Shown here: one piece after another, positions 30,260 to 44,576 of the stretch
Numbering within the stretch: position 1 is the stretch's first letter
Layout of the letters: each line of letters opens with the position of its first letter
Source of the DNA: Lytechinus pictus
Taxonomy: Eukaryota
NCBI RefSeq assembly: GCF_037042905.1
Contig: NC_087250.1
Coordinates: forward strand, 10,294,001-10,358,000
DNA: 64,000 nucleotides
Direction: 5' to 3'
Notes under the pieces: model-generated
The model's database searches: none
What the model was told of the DNA's origin: nothing
Seen by the model: the letters and a program-made list of their open reading frames with translations, nothing else
Made by a program: the position numbers and the translations under genes

Positions 30260-31309
30260 TCATTGACTGTGTGTTATAAATACATAGTCTTAAAATATAC
30301 GTTTTCAGATATCTACTAAAAATACTTCAGAGAATAAATTGACCTATAATTGTATTTGTATATAGAGAAACTAAAATGTTTTGAGAGGAAAAGTAATTGT
30401 TTTGCTACTTGGTAACATAATTATTGCGGTATAAATGTATTGAATAGTTAAAGGAGACTGAAACCTTTGGAACAAGAATGCTTGTGTGAAATGCTTGTGT
30501 GAAAAATCAGAGAAACAGATCAACAAAAGTTTGAGAAAAATCGGACAAATAATGAGAAAGTTATGAGCATTGCGATCACTAATGCTATGGAGATCCTCAT
30601 ATTGGCAATGCGACAAAAAATGTGTGATGTCACTTGTGAACAACTCTCCCCATTACTGTAGTATATATTTCACTTTAATAAACTGCCTCTTTTTTCACAT
30701 CTATCAGTAGAGCATATACATGTATTCTTTCTATAGGAGGGCATATAATACAGATTTTAAAGAATACATCATGAATATAGTTTGTATCACCATAATAAAA
30801 AGCAAGAAGAGACATCTTGGGGGTATTTTTTAGTCCATCAAAGGAAAGTTGTTCACATGTGACATCACACATCCTTGTCGCATTGCCAATCATAAATGTG
30901 TGATTTTTAAATAGCTGGTCTAAATGGATTTATTTTATGCTATTGTATGATCTCAAAAGAGTCCCCTATAAAGTTCATTGAAGAAACAATGAAAAAAAGT
31001 TGAAAAAACAAAAAAATACATAAGAAATTGCAAAAAAAAAAATATAATACATAAGAGATTGATCTGATATCGCAATCGCAAGAGAGTTTCTACACCAAAC
31101 ATTTTAGAGCTTTATTCAGGGAGTAAGGATAAAAAAATAGCAATTTGCATGACATACATTACTATAAAATTTTGTAGATTATGTCCCAGACAACCTGCGT
31201 GCCAAATTTAGACATGCAGTCAACGACCGAGATCTCAATGGGGGGGGGGGGGGGGCGTCACTGCACCCTCCCCCCCCCCCCTTTGAGATCTCAGCCATAT
31301 GTTCTCATG

Positions 31310-31620
31310 GGCCCGTATTCTGAAGTCGGGTTTAACTTAAACTCAGGTTTAAAGTTGTGGTTAAAGTATGGATAGCCAATTGTAACATAAATCACTAACA
31401 GTAGAGATATCATATTTCAGCTCATTTGGCTCTCAAATCATTCATAATTGTCTAGGAAGTGTAAATAGAGTATCGTCTTCACCATCGATGAATCAGGAAA
31501 GAGCACAGTAAATATAAGAAACATACAACTTAATTAAAATTTTGACACTTTTGGCTTCCCATAATTTTAGCACAGAGTTAGACCATGGCCTAAGTTAAAC
31601 CTGACTTCAGAATATGGGCC
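31310..31620. mobile_element. PIF/Harbinger-like MITE, uninterrupted copy
   Basis: TIRs, ATG on both flanks. Confidence 0.85.
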
Positions 31621-31679
31621 ATGATCTCCCAAAATTCCTCAGCCTACACTGGCACTGTAACTAGATGTACATGTACTTA

Positions 31680-31955
<276 letters not shown>

Positions 31956-32712
31956 TTAACAAAATGATTGAAAAAAAAGTTACCTGAAATTACATTGATC
32001 TAATAACCATATTTGTGTAGGTTTTATGAAATAGATACATATAGAGATGATTTTTCTCAATAAATTACGATACAAAAACATATTTTTAAAAGAAAAAACG
32101 TAATGCTGTATTTTGGTTGCAAAAATGTACTTAATACGCCAAAAACATACTGGTTGGCAGGTCTGCATGTAGGCTAAAAGCAGAGCTGATTTCAGGTATT
32201 AAAATGAATTCATCATATCAATATTGCCATTATCGAGGCTCACAAGCTGTCAAAACATAAAGATAAATAAACAAGTATCAACAAATTTTGGAACAATGTG
32301 ACAATATACGTTCATGAATAACCTTTGGCAAGAATTTAAATAATGATAAAATTAATATTAAAAAAAAAATGAATTATTAAAAAAAATATAGACAAATCAA
32401 AATATTAAAAGAGTACACTGTAAGAAAGGAATGATATGGAATAAACTTCCAAAAGAAATCCGCTATGTTTCTTGTCTCACCACTTTCAAAAGTTCTCTGA
32501 AAACCTGGTTATTCACACAAGCTTTTATGTAATTGTTATTCGCCCCCTCTTAGGTTTTCTATCTTCTTTTTCTTTTTCCTTTTCTTTTCTTTTCTTTATT
32601 GCGCCATGAGCATCTTTTTATGATAGATACCGGCGCATTACAAATGTTCATATTATTATAAAACAACTCTCATAGTCCAAACTATTTATTTTTAAAGTAT
32701 TTTATTTCATAC

Positions 32713-32887
32713 CTTGAAAGTAGTTCATCCGGATGCATAGCTGTCGTCCCAGCATTGGGAGGGGAAGAGCTGGGGGCGGGGCTAGGAGGGCTATGTACTG
32801 AGGTTGCTAGGGTGTTGCTATGGTGAGGGCTTGACGTCCTGGCGACCATGCTCAATGCTTGCGAGTGTGACGGGATACCGGCTGAGC
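32713..32887 (-). CDS. Su(H): Su(H) coding exon 2 (Ser/Pro-rich: SAGIPSHSQ...SPPSPAPSSSPP...DELLSR)
   Basis: ttcag acceptor, AG|GTATG donor, 175 nt open, phase 1 to 2 matching both neighbours; GC-rich island in AT-rich intron. Confidence 0.85.
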
Positions 32888-35412
32888 CTGAATTTAAGAA
32901 AATGGATAATAAAAATGGAGATGACCATTTAATACATAAAAGTATCTGTAAATAAAATGAAATGAATATTCATGTATTGCATTATAAATACAGATATAAT
33001 ATTAACAATAAAAATAGTTAATAATACAATTTATTATTGATAATAATGAAAAATATAATTATTGTATTAATAAATAATAATAAATGTACATATCATAACA
33101 ATAATGAGAAGCAATGTTTTTTATGATAACAATAATAATAAAAACAGGTGCACATGACAAAACCTGATTGCCCCATGTGCATTGTGCATCATTATCAACT
33201 CAAATTTATCTAATGACTTGAAAATAACAAATATACCAATTATTCAAAATGGTGTACATGTACATCATGTCACCATCTTCCCATCTACAGGTAGATCAAA
33301 AATAAATAATAAAAGTATCTTTTCTTATAATAAGTTTTACATCAGATTATTTAATTTAATTCACAATCAGGTGCGGCCCTCAATACACGCATATAAATGT
33401 ACATGTACAGCAGAGGACTCCACTCCCTGATAAAGTACATTACACATGTACACCTAGCCATGGGAAATGATTTTGAATCCATAATTCTGTATCGGGTATC
33501 CCCTGTCTATGAGGCAAACTCCCTTACACAGTGTAACAAATGATGGGAAAATCGAGGCCCAATGACATCTGTACAATGCACTCATGATCATCATCACATG
33601 CCTAGTCTGATTTGCAGACTCCTTTTTGGCTGGCTTCCTACATGTACATGTACTGTATATCTGGCCTCTCAGACCTGTCCCCTTCAGAAGTTGACCATAG
33701 ACACGCAATCACGTCCAAAATACTGTACCTTGCATGTTGCCTTGGACCTAGTCTAAAAAATATTATCTACATGTATTTATTGCGTGAAAATTGCTAAATT
33801 TATGCCAATGTACACTGTATGCATAATTAGTACAGTATGCTAAATCATTCTTTTTGCATAATTATTATGCAAAATCATTCTTTTTGCATAATTAGTATGC
33901 AAATACATTCTTTTTTCTCTTACATGTACAGTACATGTACCTCCAATAAAAAGCTCCAAATGTTCTCATTTTTGGTGTAGAAACTCTGATTGTTAGCCGA
34001 TGTTCTTTAAAAATTGTGATATCATATCAATTTTCTATGTGCATACATGTTATTGTATTGTACTTTGCAACCTTTTGATTTTCATGTTTTTTCAATGAAA
34101 TTTGTCACTGATACATGTACATGTGTACATGTGGTCCCACACAGCATCAGATCAATATTTTGAAACAGTAAAACAGGGCTCCACACTAACCCTTTGTTTC
34201 TACTGGTCCAACCTGTTCATGTCGGACTAGTTTAGATACCCAGTTTTTCCATTTTTTCTGGTCCAAACCTAAAATTTACTGGTCCCCCCAAATAAAGGAA
34301 AACTTAAATTAATTTTGCTGTCTTTTATTGCTTTCAATGCCCCCCCCCCCCCACCAAAAAGAAAATGTGCCTAGTACATACACAAAATAATTCATGAGAG
34401 CCATTTTTGTAATATACAAAAGAGGAGAAAATATTATTTGTATCAGTTTTACTGGTCATGTCGGCACAGTAAATCTAGCCATTTCTGAAGAAATACTGGT
34501 CCAACAGCAACTCTTACTGGTCTGGGTCCGCCAGACCAGAGCCAGTGTTGCGCGTTGAGTAAAAGCAAAAGTAATTCATGTTTGGTTGAAAACACATTTT
34601 GTATTTACATTGTACACAAAATTATTTTTGGGGGCAATTTTTGGTTTGACATTATAAAGCGGAACTTCAGAACCGCAAATTTGAAGGTACGGGAGATTCA
34701 AAGGAAATAGGCACAGAATATTAAGAGAGCTTTTCACATTCCAAAATATTACCCGAAAAGTCGAGGGAGGGTCTCCAAGCCGACCCCTCCCCCAAGGCAA
34801 TGAAGGCATACCGGTAGTCACATGTACATGTAGGGTTCAAGATGAAAAAGAGGTTTACGAGAGCCTCCATAGTGGCAAAGCCCCATTTAATGTACATGTA
34901 CCAATTAGCATATTAAAATGTTGAATGATAAACAGGGCCCCGTTGCATAAAAGTAACTTGCCATCCAACGCTAGCTACATGTACCATGGTAACAGTGATC
35001 AACAGCCAATCAGAATAAAGGATTCCATGCAAGTTGGCAAAGCATGGCAAAGTTAACATACGTGTAATGGTAAATTTAACTTTTATGCATCAGGTTCCAA
35101 GAGGTCTGTTTTACAAGACTATCCACAGGCCATTGTGTTTTGTGTTTCACCTACTGGAAATATGATCCTTTCTATATTACCATTTTTTAATTAACTTCAA
35201 TGGCAAAGTGCACATGGGTGAGTTTCTACAAACTCTAGATCTACATGCATGTAACATTTTGCATCTTTCATAATGACTTTTACTTATTGTTAAAGGGGAA
35301 GTTTACCCTGACTAGTTTGTTGTAAAATAATAGCATTAAAAATTTAAAACGATAACAAATTTAAAATATTGCTGAAGATTTGAGAAAATCCATTCAATCT
35401 ATTCAATAACGT

Positions 35413-35760
35413 GGAAGAGCCGTGGTGTAGTGGTTCTGACTCTCGCCTTGTAAACAGAGGGTCGTGTGTTCGAATCCCACCGCGGTCTAGCGTCCTTTGG
35501 CAAGGCGTTAATCCACACTTTGCCACTCTCGACCCAGGTGCTAAATGGGTACCCGGTAGGATGCGAAAGATATTGTATGTTTGATTTTGCCAGCGCCATA
35601 ATGAGGCTGCGATGAATGCAAGGAATGCTCCCCAGGGAGTGGAAATTGTGCACTTTTCGTGCGGGATTGAAATGAATCCAATGACCGGGGTAATAATATG
35701 CTGTAACGCGCTTTGAGCCATTCTGGGAAAAGCGCTCTATAAAAATTGGCTATTATTATT
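35413..35760 (+). mobile_element. tRNA-derived SINE
   Basis: Head nearly identical to 4817-4960; A and B boxes; (ATT)n tail. Confidence 0.85.
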
Positions 35761-38305
35761 AGGTGGTCTGTCAACGACAGATCACCTTTTATGTTTGTCC
35801 AAATTTTCTTTCTTTATTTATTAGGTGGTCTGTCTATGACAGATCACCTCTTATGTTTGTCCGAATTTTCTTTATTTTTATTTATTTCTTATTTTTATTT
35901 CCTCCATTTCTTGTGGACAGCAAATCTCAGAAAGTTCATATTCAATAATCATCAAAATATCACCACATATCAACATCAATAAGACCTCAATTCTGCAAGA
36001 ATCTTAATGTCATGACGTCATCATGACGTCATCTAGACGCCATTTTGTAAAATCACATTATCAATCATATCTCCATTATCAATTATCAAAAATAAATCAA
36101 ATTCACATGACATAAACTTCAGATCAAGGGTCATCAGGTCATGTCATCAAAGGTCACCTGAAGGTCACGACGCGCGCGTACGCGCGCGTCAAAATTTTAA
36201 AATGCTCAAAATCACTTTTTGACCAAAACAGAGTACGTTTTAGGTCATTTTAAGCATTTCAAAAAATTGCGCGCGCAAACGTATGCGCGCGCGTTTCCGC
36301 GCGTAACGCCTCAATGCAACTCAGAAACACCGTTTTTTTTATTTCATTGCATTGATCATATAATTTTGAGCAATTTGATACCTTGATCAACCTTCTACGA
36401 CCATTAATAAGGAAATTAACACCCGTTAAAGTTTGCAGCACGTGTGCGCGCGAGCTCTCACTATAGGCCATATATGGGCAAAAACATGCCTATAGAAAAT
36501 CCGCTGTAGCTCTTCAGAACGCATGGGGACCCCCAATTTTTTTTTCATATTTTGATAGAGTATGAACTAGAGATATAATTTCATGTCTCATTTGACCCTC
36601 AATTATATTATGACGTCATCAAAATGGCGTCGGAATTCAAAAAAATCCATTTTGCCTATTATGACGTCATTATAATTATGCAAATCTTGCTCTAACTCCG
36701 TGAATATTGGTCAATTTTCACCCAATTTTTGATATGTTGTAGCTTAGTTCTTACTCTTTCTGAGTTATTGCCTTTATTTTTCATTTTGATAGACAAATCA
36801 TCCTCAAAAATTGCAAATAATAATGGCATGTCATTTTTACTCATTTTGCGTGTAATCTCTATGGGACATGACTTTTTCTCAAAACTAGATTCTACATTCT
36901 TCTATTTCGTAAGCCATATCTCCAATTTTTGTTGCTAGTTATCCCTGAGCTTTTAGTATGTTGTAGCTGAGATTCTAAGCTTTCGGTTGCGTTTCCTTCA
37001 TTTTCCGATCAGATGTCGGGATCATGCCCGTAATTCACTTGCAAGATTGGATTTGAGATTCTGGTGTTTTGCTTACGTGTTAAGTCTATGGGAAATATTC
37101 TAGCTCAATCGGTTAGGCGTCAGACTTACTTCTCATTCCATCATGCAGGCAGGGGTTCGAGTCCGCGGGTGAACATGATTTTTTTTTTTTTTAGCTATCT
37201 TGCCCCCGATCAATTATAAGAATTCTAACAAATAATAGCTAAAATATTGCAAAATAAAACAGATTATAATTACTTTTTATATCATATCTATTTATCTGTC
37301 TGTCTATCTACCTACATCACATCTCTCTGTCTAATATATATTTTTCTGTTTGAATACGTCCCTCTCTCTCTATCTATCCATATGTCTGTCTGTCTATCTA
37401 CCTACATTGTATATCTATTCTGTCTGTTTATCTATCTATCTCTCTCTCTGTGTGTCTAATACGCTATATTTATTATTTATTTATTTATTTATTAACAATA
37501 TTTCAACAGGATACCCAATCAACAAAAAATTGCTCTCCCTTGGGGTCCTGCATATTAAAAAAACAATCACAATATATCTTGTTATAAACATAAAATTAAC
37601 ATGAGAAAATGTACATACATTATGATATATAATTATATTTAATTATTATATATATGTATCTATCTGTTTAGATATGTCTATCTATCTAGCCATCTATATA
37701 TCTGCCTGTCTCTATCTATCTATCTATCTATCTATATATCTGTCTGTCTGTCTCTCTATCTAGCTATCTATCTATTCATCTATATGTCTGTCTCTCTATC
37801 TATCTCTGTCTCTCTATCAATCTATATGTCTGTCTCTTACGAGATAGCTCGTAATAGCTTCATGATATGTCTGTCTCTCTATCTATATGTCTGTCTAGAT
37901 CTATCTGTCTATCTATCTATCTGTCTGTCTCTCTTTCTATCTATATGTTTATCTATGTTTTATTAATATAACCACCAATCATCTCTCTCTCTCTCTATCT
38001 ATCTATATATCTATCAATCAATCTATCGATCTATAAGTCTGTCTCTCTATCTATCTATATGTCTGTGTCTCTATCTATCTATATGTCTATGTTTTATTAA
38101 TATAACCACCTATAATTGATCTCTCCATTCATCACTCCATCCATCTACTATAATTATATATCTTTCTTGTATGTATCTGTTTGATTATGTAAATCTGTTT
38201 GTCTATCTATTTTTCAATCTAATATCTGTTTAAATATTTTTTTCCTGTTTATCTATCTATACGACAGACCACCTAATTCGTCCGCATGACGAATTAAAAT
38301 CTAGT
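35757..38305 (+). mobile_element. Helentron-associated (HINE-like) element, family 2, ~2.5 kb
   Basis: Subterminal inverted repeat ATTAGGTGGTCTGTC / GACAGACCACCTAAT; 5' short palindrome; 3' stem-loop AATTCGTC-cgcat-GACGAATT then CTAGT. Confidence 0.75.
37285..38260. repeat. Degenerate (TATC)n/(TGTC)n/(TC)n microsatellite region
   Basis: Directly visible. Confidence 0.9.
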
Positions 38306-39332
38306 TAATATTAAAAGTTTTTGATCTGTGATGTCATTCATAAACAAGCAGTTTCCCCATATGATATGTAATATAAAATGCATAAATTTCAAGAACTTTT
38401 TTAATGGCTTGTGATGACTTATTTTTTTTTTTTTAATTCTTAGGAGCATACTGTATAAAATGATTTGTGTATTGATATACTGGAGGTACAATTAAAACCA
38501 TTTTCAATTTTCTGAGAAAATGCCATTTATTTTTTTACCATACAAATTACAATATAGGAAAGCTGCTCAAATAATTAGAATTTGAATAACTTTTTTATTC
38601 CTTGAATTATTTTCCTCAAACCTTTGCCAACATTTGTTTTTCTTCTATTTTTTAGATTAATTTTTCATGGTGAACTTCCCCTTTATAAGAGGACAGGTCC
38701 ACCCAACAAAAAGTTGATTTGAATAAAACAGAAAATTCAAATAAGCATACATGTAACACTGAAAACTTCACCCAATTTGGTTGTAAAATAAGAAAGTTAT
38801 GACATTTCAAAGTGTTGATTTTCATGTACATCCTGTACACAGTATGCAAATGAGGGGACTGATGACATCCCAACTCACTATACATGTACAGTATATTTCA
38901 TATGATTTTTTATGATCTCCTTATTGTCACGTGAAATAGTTTTATTCCACCCTGAACAAATGTGGGAATGTCATTGTTTTGACATTTTGTGGTTCAAGCA
39001 AAATTGTCCTTATTGTCAAATCTGTAAACTTTGATGAGATATTCTATAATTCAAACAATAAAAAATTTTTTTTAAAGATATAGTGTGTGACCAAGGAGAT
39101 ATCACCTTTGATATCTCCTTGGTGTGACATCACTGACTCTCTCATTTGCATATCACTGTACAGTATCAATATACAAATAATGCACGTAAGCACCTGCATG
39201 CAGGACCAAATAAATAATGAACGATGTGCGAGAAGAGCCAATGGATATACCGCACCGAGGTCCTCTATGCACAAGAATGCGTGTATTGTTTGTTCCCCCC
39301 CCCCCTCACCCATGTTACTGAGTTGCCCCGAA

Positions 39333-39632
39333 TGCTATATTTGATCTAAATTCTAGATCATTCCAGAATCGCACTATCCTGCACTCTGATGTCAGAGTGC
39401 AGGATAGTGCATTTGATATGACATCAGAGTGCAGGATAGTGCATTGTGGATGAAATAATAGTGCAATTCGCTGAATATCACGTGCTATATTTGATCTAAA
39501 TTCTAGATCATTCCAGAATCGCACTATCCTGCACTCTGATGTCAGAGTGCAGGATAGTGCATTTGATATGACGTCAGAGTGCAGGATAGTGCATTGTGGA
39601 TGAAATAATAGTGCAATTCGCTGAATATCATG
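39333..39632. repeat. 150-bp near-perfect tandem duplication containing a hairpin
   Basis: Units at 39333 and 39483; 19-bp inverted repeat at 39371-39410. Confidence 0.95.
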
Positions 39633-40426
39633 TGATCCGAATTGGACCAATCAGATTACAGAACATTCTTGCGAGTTGTATAATGTTGTACTGTACATAC
39701 TATACATTAACTTTCTTCTTTTAAATCTGATTTTGATAAAATTTTCAGAATTATGCTCATTTGGTTGGTGCCATGACATTGCTCCGACGACAAGTGCTCT
39801 GCTGCAAATTCCACACATTAATGGAATGACCAACTTCAACCCTGGATTTAACATTATACCATAGCCTATCCTAAACCTAACATAAAACCCTTTTGCCACC
39901 GTTACCCAACATCCAAGAAGAAATAAAGCCTGGAGCAATTGTCGCCGGAGCGAATGTCGTGACACTGATTTTTTTCTGTGTTGATTCAAATCAACCTTCT
40001 TGAAAACTTGACCTTTACAATTTAATGCATTAAAGTTCAAACTAAAAAGGATCTTCTTCAGGTTAATGGGGAACAAGGAATACAAAAAGTAATACGAATG
40101 AACACAGTGCAAGAGATACATGTAAATGTAGGCAAGTAATTACATGTAGCTTTGCTTTAAGTGTAGCTTTTTAAAGGTAATTAAAAAAATTACAAATTAA
40201 GACTTGAACAATCAAAACTGAAAACAAATACATACATGTAAGTATATACATGTAGTACATGAAAGCTGAAAAATAAAAAATCAAATTGATAAAAAAAATT
40301 AAAAAGTTCATGAAAAGAGAATGAAGCTGATGACTGAATGATACTGAAATTGAAAAAAAGACAAAGTAATTACTGTTTGAAAATCTGAATTGAAATAATT
40401 TCAAAAACAGAATACATGTACCTTAA

Positions 40427-41020
40427 AGGTCAAGTCCACCCCAGAATTTTTTTTTATTTGAATATAAGAGAAAAATCAAACCAGCATAACGGTGAAAAAT
40501 TCCTCAAAATCAGATGTAAAATAAGAAACTTATGACATTTTTAAGTTTTGCTTATTTTTCACAAAACAATTATATGCATAACTCAGTGACATGCAAATGG
40601 GTCAGTCGATGATGTCCATCACTCACTATTACTTTTGCGTTTTATTGTTTTATTGTTTGAATTATACAATATTTCATTTTTTATAGATTTGACAATAAGG
40701 ACCGACTTGACTGAACCATCTGTAATGTTCAGAGAGGAATTAATCGTTGTTTCACTTGAAAATGAGGAGAAAATTAGAATATTTCATATATCATCATATA
40801 ATAAACAATACAAAAGAAATAGTGAGTGGATGATGTCATCAGTCTCCTCATTTGCATACCAACCAGGATGTGCATATAACTGTTTTGTGAAATTAAGCGA
40901 AACTTTAAAATGTCATAATTTTCTTATTTTACATCCGATTTTGATGAAATTTTCAGTGTTATGCTTGTTGGATTTTTCTCTTTTCATTCAAATAAACTTT
41001 TGTTGGGGTGGACTTGTCCT
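40427..41020. mobile_element. Kolobok-like MITE, TTAA TSD
   Basis: Same family as 5610-6213; ends 25 bp from the exon 1 donor. Confidence 0.88.
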
Positions 41021-41045
41021 TTAATGATAAATCTGTTAAACTTAC

Positions 41046-41244
41046 CGTGATATTTCATGGAATCGTTCGCCACTTGAATGACAGTACCGTATGAGATACC
41101 CGAAGCCCCGCCCACGGCGCCCATTATGAGTTGATGTTGACCCCGTGACATCATGTGCAGGTCATCGCTCAGGTCCCTCCCACCGGCGACGCCCATACCA
41201 CGTTGCGATAGGTTGAGGGCCTCGTACGACGCATGCTGATTCAT
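41046..41244 (-). CDS. Su(H): Su(H)/RBPJ coding exon 1 (MNQHASYEAL...DSMKYH-G), non-conserved N-terminus
   Basis: ATG at 41244 with A at -3 and an in-frame TAA four codons upstream; GC-rich coding-like composition; donor G|GTAAG; phase 1 joins exon 2 in frame. Confidence 0.8.
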
Positions 41245-41429
41245 ACTGGTGCGTTATGAGTTGCATATATTGAGTTTCTAAAGTAGTTGAAGTCCGATTG
41301 GAGCTTCGCATGTGTTCACAGACAAACTTTAGTCCGGTCGCTATGTCAGGTCGCAATGATAATAGCTGACATGACTAGTCTTTTGTCCAAGTTTCAATTG
41401 ATTTTGAGGTGAACAACTCCAAAGAGCTC
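41245..41429 (-). other. Probable 5'UTR part of the ATG-containing Su(H) exon
   Basis: Acceptor-like atatttttCAG ending at 41430; contains upstream ATGs. No transcript evidence. Confidence 0.5.
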
Positions 41430-42822
41430 CTGAAAAATATATATAGTTTTACTGCTCAGTCCAGGATGCCTAATTTTGCGTAACATTTAGCAATCTAGGC
41501 ACGTATTATACAATGTTTGCTTTGACAAAAATTACTTGAAAATATCTCAAAGTGGTATAATAAAATGGAAGCAACAAGGAGAATTGGCACGGTGTTTGGT
41601 TACAAAAGATGAAAGATGAATTGCATACGGTATAACATTTACATGTATGTTTAGAAAAATTAATTTCAGTCCCACATGATCAACCTGATGTCGGCATTTT
41701 CACAGGAACGTCGGACCCACAATGTAAAGACTAGTCAAGGTTGGTTCTGACATAATGCGGTGCATGCAGGTTCTTTCTTCACTTTTGAACAGCTTGGTAT
41801 CAAAGCGTCGTGTTGAGGGAAGTTGGAATGATTGACAAATGGTAGACTGACTCATAGCGTGGAGCTGACGTTGGCTTGCAGGTCTCCTTCAGTGCGAATG
41901 CCCCAGGTGCCCTGCATCCTTCGAACATCACTCGATGGGCCCATCTTGGAAGAAGAAATCCTGGAAAATAAAACAAGAATAACATGTAAGTCACACTGGC
42001 GGATGCCATCCAGGATGGACACAAAACATATGCATACAGGGGTGTATTTTCATTTGGTCCAATGCCAACTCGTCTGCTATCATTTAGTCTACTGGTGGTC
42101 ATAGATTGGACGCCAGAGTGATGTAAACTTGTTTGTTCTGTTTGTTTGTTTTTCTTTGTAATATTGATGATATTTTAATTGGATATTTATTTCGTATTAT
42201 GTATCTTAATTCATGTAATGTGATTTTAATATGTACGCACGGACGTTCAGAAGAACAGCCATTGGCTGAAGTTCGTTTACCGTGTTGAAATAAAATAAAT
42301 GAAAATTGAAAATGAAATGAAAATGATAGACGAACTGGTGATTAGACAAAGTGATGATTTTGGACTAAACGTGATGGTTTTGGACTAAATGGTTGTTAGA
42401 CAAAATATTGATGGACGGAATGGCATTAGACTTTGAAGGTACATGTAGACCATGTGGTGAGTGGATGAGCTGGCAGTGGGCGAAATGGAAATTTTATACC
42501 CATACAAGACCCAGCAGACGAGCAAAATTTCAGGGGGGGGGGGCTCCATCCGTTTTCATCCGCACCAGAAATGGACAAAATTTGTGAAAATTTGCGAAAA
42601 GGACGGACATGGGCAGTATGTAGCGGGAATGTAATAAAAGGTTGTTCAACGGTAGCATTGCGGTTGGAAGTGGATGACAGCTCCAAATGGGTCACCGGGG
42701 AATAATTGCGAAGCGGACGCATTGCGGAAAGAGCAGATGCTTTGCGGTCGAAGCGGAAATCCCCATTCATTGCATGCAATGCTGCAGCTTATCCAATGTT
42801 GCAGATTTACATGCAGGCAGTA

Positions 42823-43001
42823 CAGGGGCCGCGGAAGCGGGGGGGGGGGGGCTTCAGCCCCCCTTTTTTTCCAAAACCGTGTACAAAAAGTCAAAAACGT
42901 AAAAAGTACAATAGGATTGTGATTTTTTGCATGGTCAGCCCCCTCCATTTTTGGCTCAAGCCCCCCCCCCCCCCACTCTGAAAACTGTTCCACAGCCCCT
43001 G
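42823..43001. mobile_element. Short G/C-run MITE (CAGGGG...CCCCTG)
   Basis: Imperfect TIRs; CAGTA on both flanks. Confidence 0.6.
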
Positions 43002-43559
43002 CAGTATGTTGTGAAAGCAAGCCCCAAAAAATGAAAACTTAATTTTTTGCCTCCATACAGTGATGATCAGACACATACTACTCCAATTTCATGCCCCCTT
43101 CTATAAGAAAAATATTCTATTAACTCATCGTGTTCCATCATAATATTGAAATTTATATTTGGAGGAACTGCTCATAGTCATACATACATGTATGACATCA
43201 CAAATTAAAAAATTAAAAAATATAAAGAAAGTAAAAACCACCTCTCTTATTCTTTATTTTTCTCTATTTTTTATTTTTTAACCAACTTTTTTTCAGGGTG
43301 AATTTTTTTTTTTTTTATTAAAAAAGCTATAGATTATTAGCTGGTCTTCCCAGATCTGTTACGAGAAAATCAGAAATTCTCGACAAGCATCAAGAAATCG
43401 CCACTTTGCAGGCAGAGGTCTTCAAAGTAAGTAAAATGTGATACCAACCGATTTTATGGCATTCAACCTCCATCTGATACGGTACAATAACATGTATGTC
43501 TCCTACTCCTAGACTTCTTTTTAATTCAAAGCATTGCAAAAGTATCAAGCGCAAATTAA

Positions 43560-44148
43560 AGAAGAATGAAACTCTTGGAGCAAGTTAGCTTTTGTAAAAG
43601 CAGAAAAATCAAAGAACAAGATCAACAAAAGTGTGAGTAAAATAGGAATAGGACTAGCAATAGAAGAATTATGAGCATTTGAATGTCGAGATCACTAATG
43701 CTATGGAGATCCTCCTATTGGCAATGCGGCCAAGATCTATGATGTCACAGATGAACAACTCTCCCCTTTTGGACACTGAAAATATACCCAAAAACATCTC
43801 TTTTTGCTCATTCTAATCATATGACAAACGATTCATCAGTGATATAATGTTGTGAAACCTCTGTACTTGTCCTCTCATAAAGAGAACACCTCACCTTGTG
43901 ATAGACTCTATGAAAGTGAGAATATAAGTGAAATAAGTACTAAAGTAATGAGGGAGTTGTACATGTGTGACATCACAGATCTTAGTTGCATTGCCAATGG
44001 GAGGATCTACATGGCATTAGTGATCTCAATATTCAAATGCTCATAACTTTCTTATTATTCATTCAATCTTCCTCAAACTTTCAACAATATGTTTCTTTGA
44101 TTTTTCTCTTTGATCTGATTCAGCTGGTTTCAAGGGTTTCATTCTCCT
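43560..44148. mobile_element. Kolobok-like MITE, TTAA TSD, inverted relative to 16946-17531
   Basis: TIRs, TTAA flanks, reverse-complement match. Confidence 0.88.
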
Positions 44149-44576
44149 TTAAGGTCACACTGATTCATGACACTTTTTCAGCCGAGCGCACAAGCTGGTT
44201 GATCGCCATAGAATTTTGAGATAACGATACCAGCAAAACAATGACCTTAATCCTTATTTTATAATTCCATCGAGCAATTTCTATTTCTAGTCTGGGATCT
44301 TGCCTTTCGTTATGGTATTTACGAGTTGATTATTTATGAATTGTGAGAAATTTTCGATTGAATATTAACTTAATGATAATTTTTAAAATGTGCGCAAGTT
44401 ATGGTCACCCAGAAATGCTGTAACTTTTCCTCTCTTTTTTTAATCACACTACCGTACTGCCAAAATAATAATCGTGACAGAGACTAGACAAGAATAACCC
44501 CCCGTTCTGGGGATTACTGGGGATTTATTGAACAATTTCTGACATTTTAGTACTCTCTACCTGTGTCATAGCTTAC

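Noticed and set aside
39315..40121. 111-aa and 156-aa minus-strand ORFs
   Set aside because: Derived from a tandem duplication and MITE fragments; no recognisable domain or splice support.
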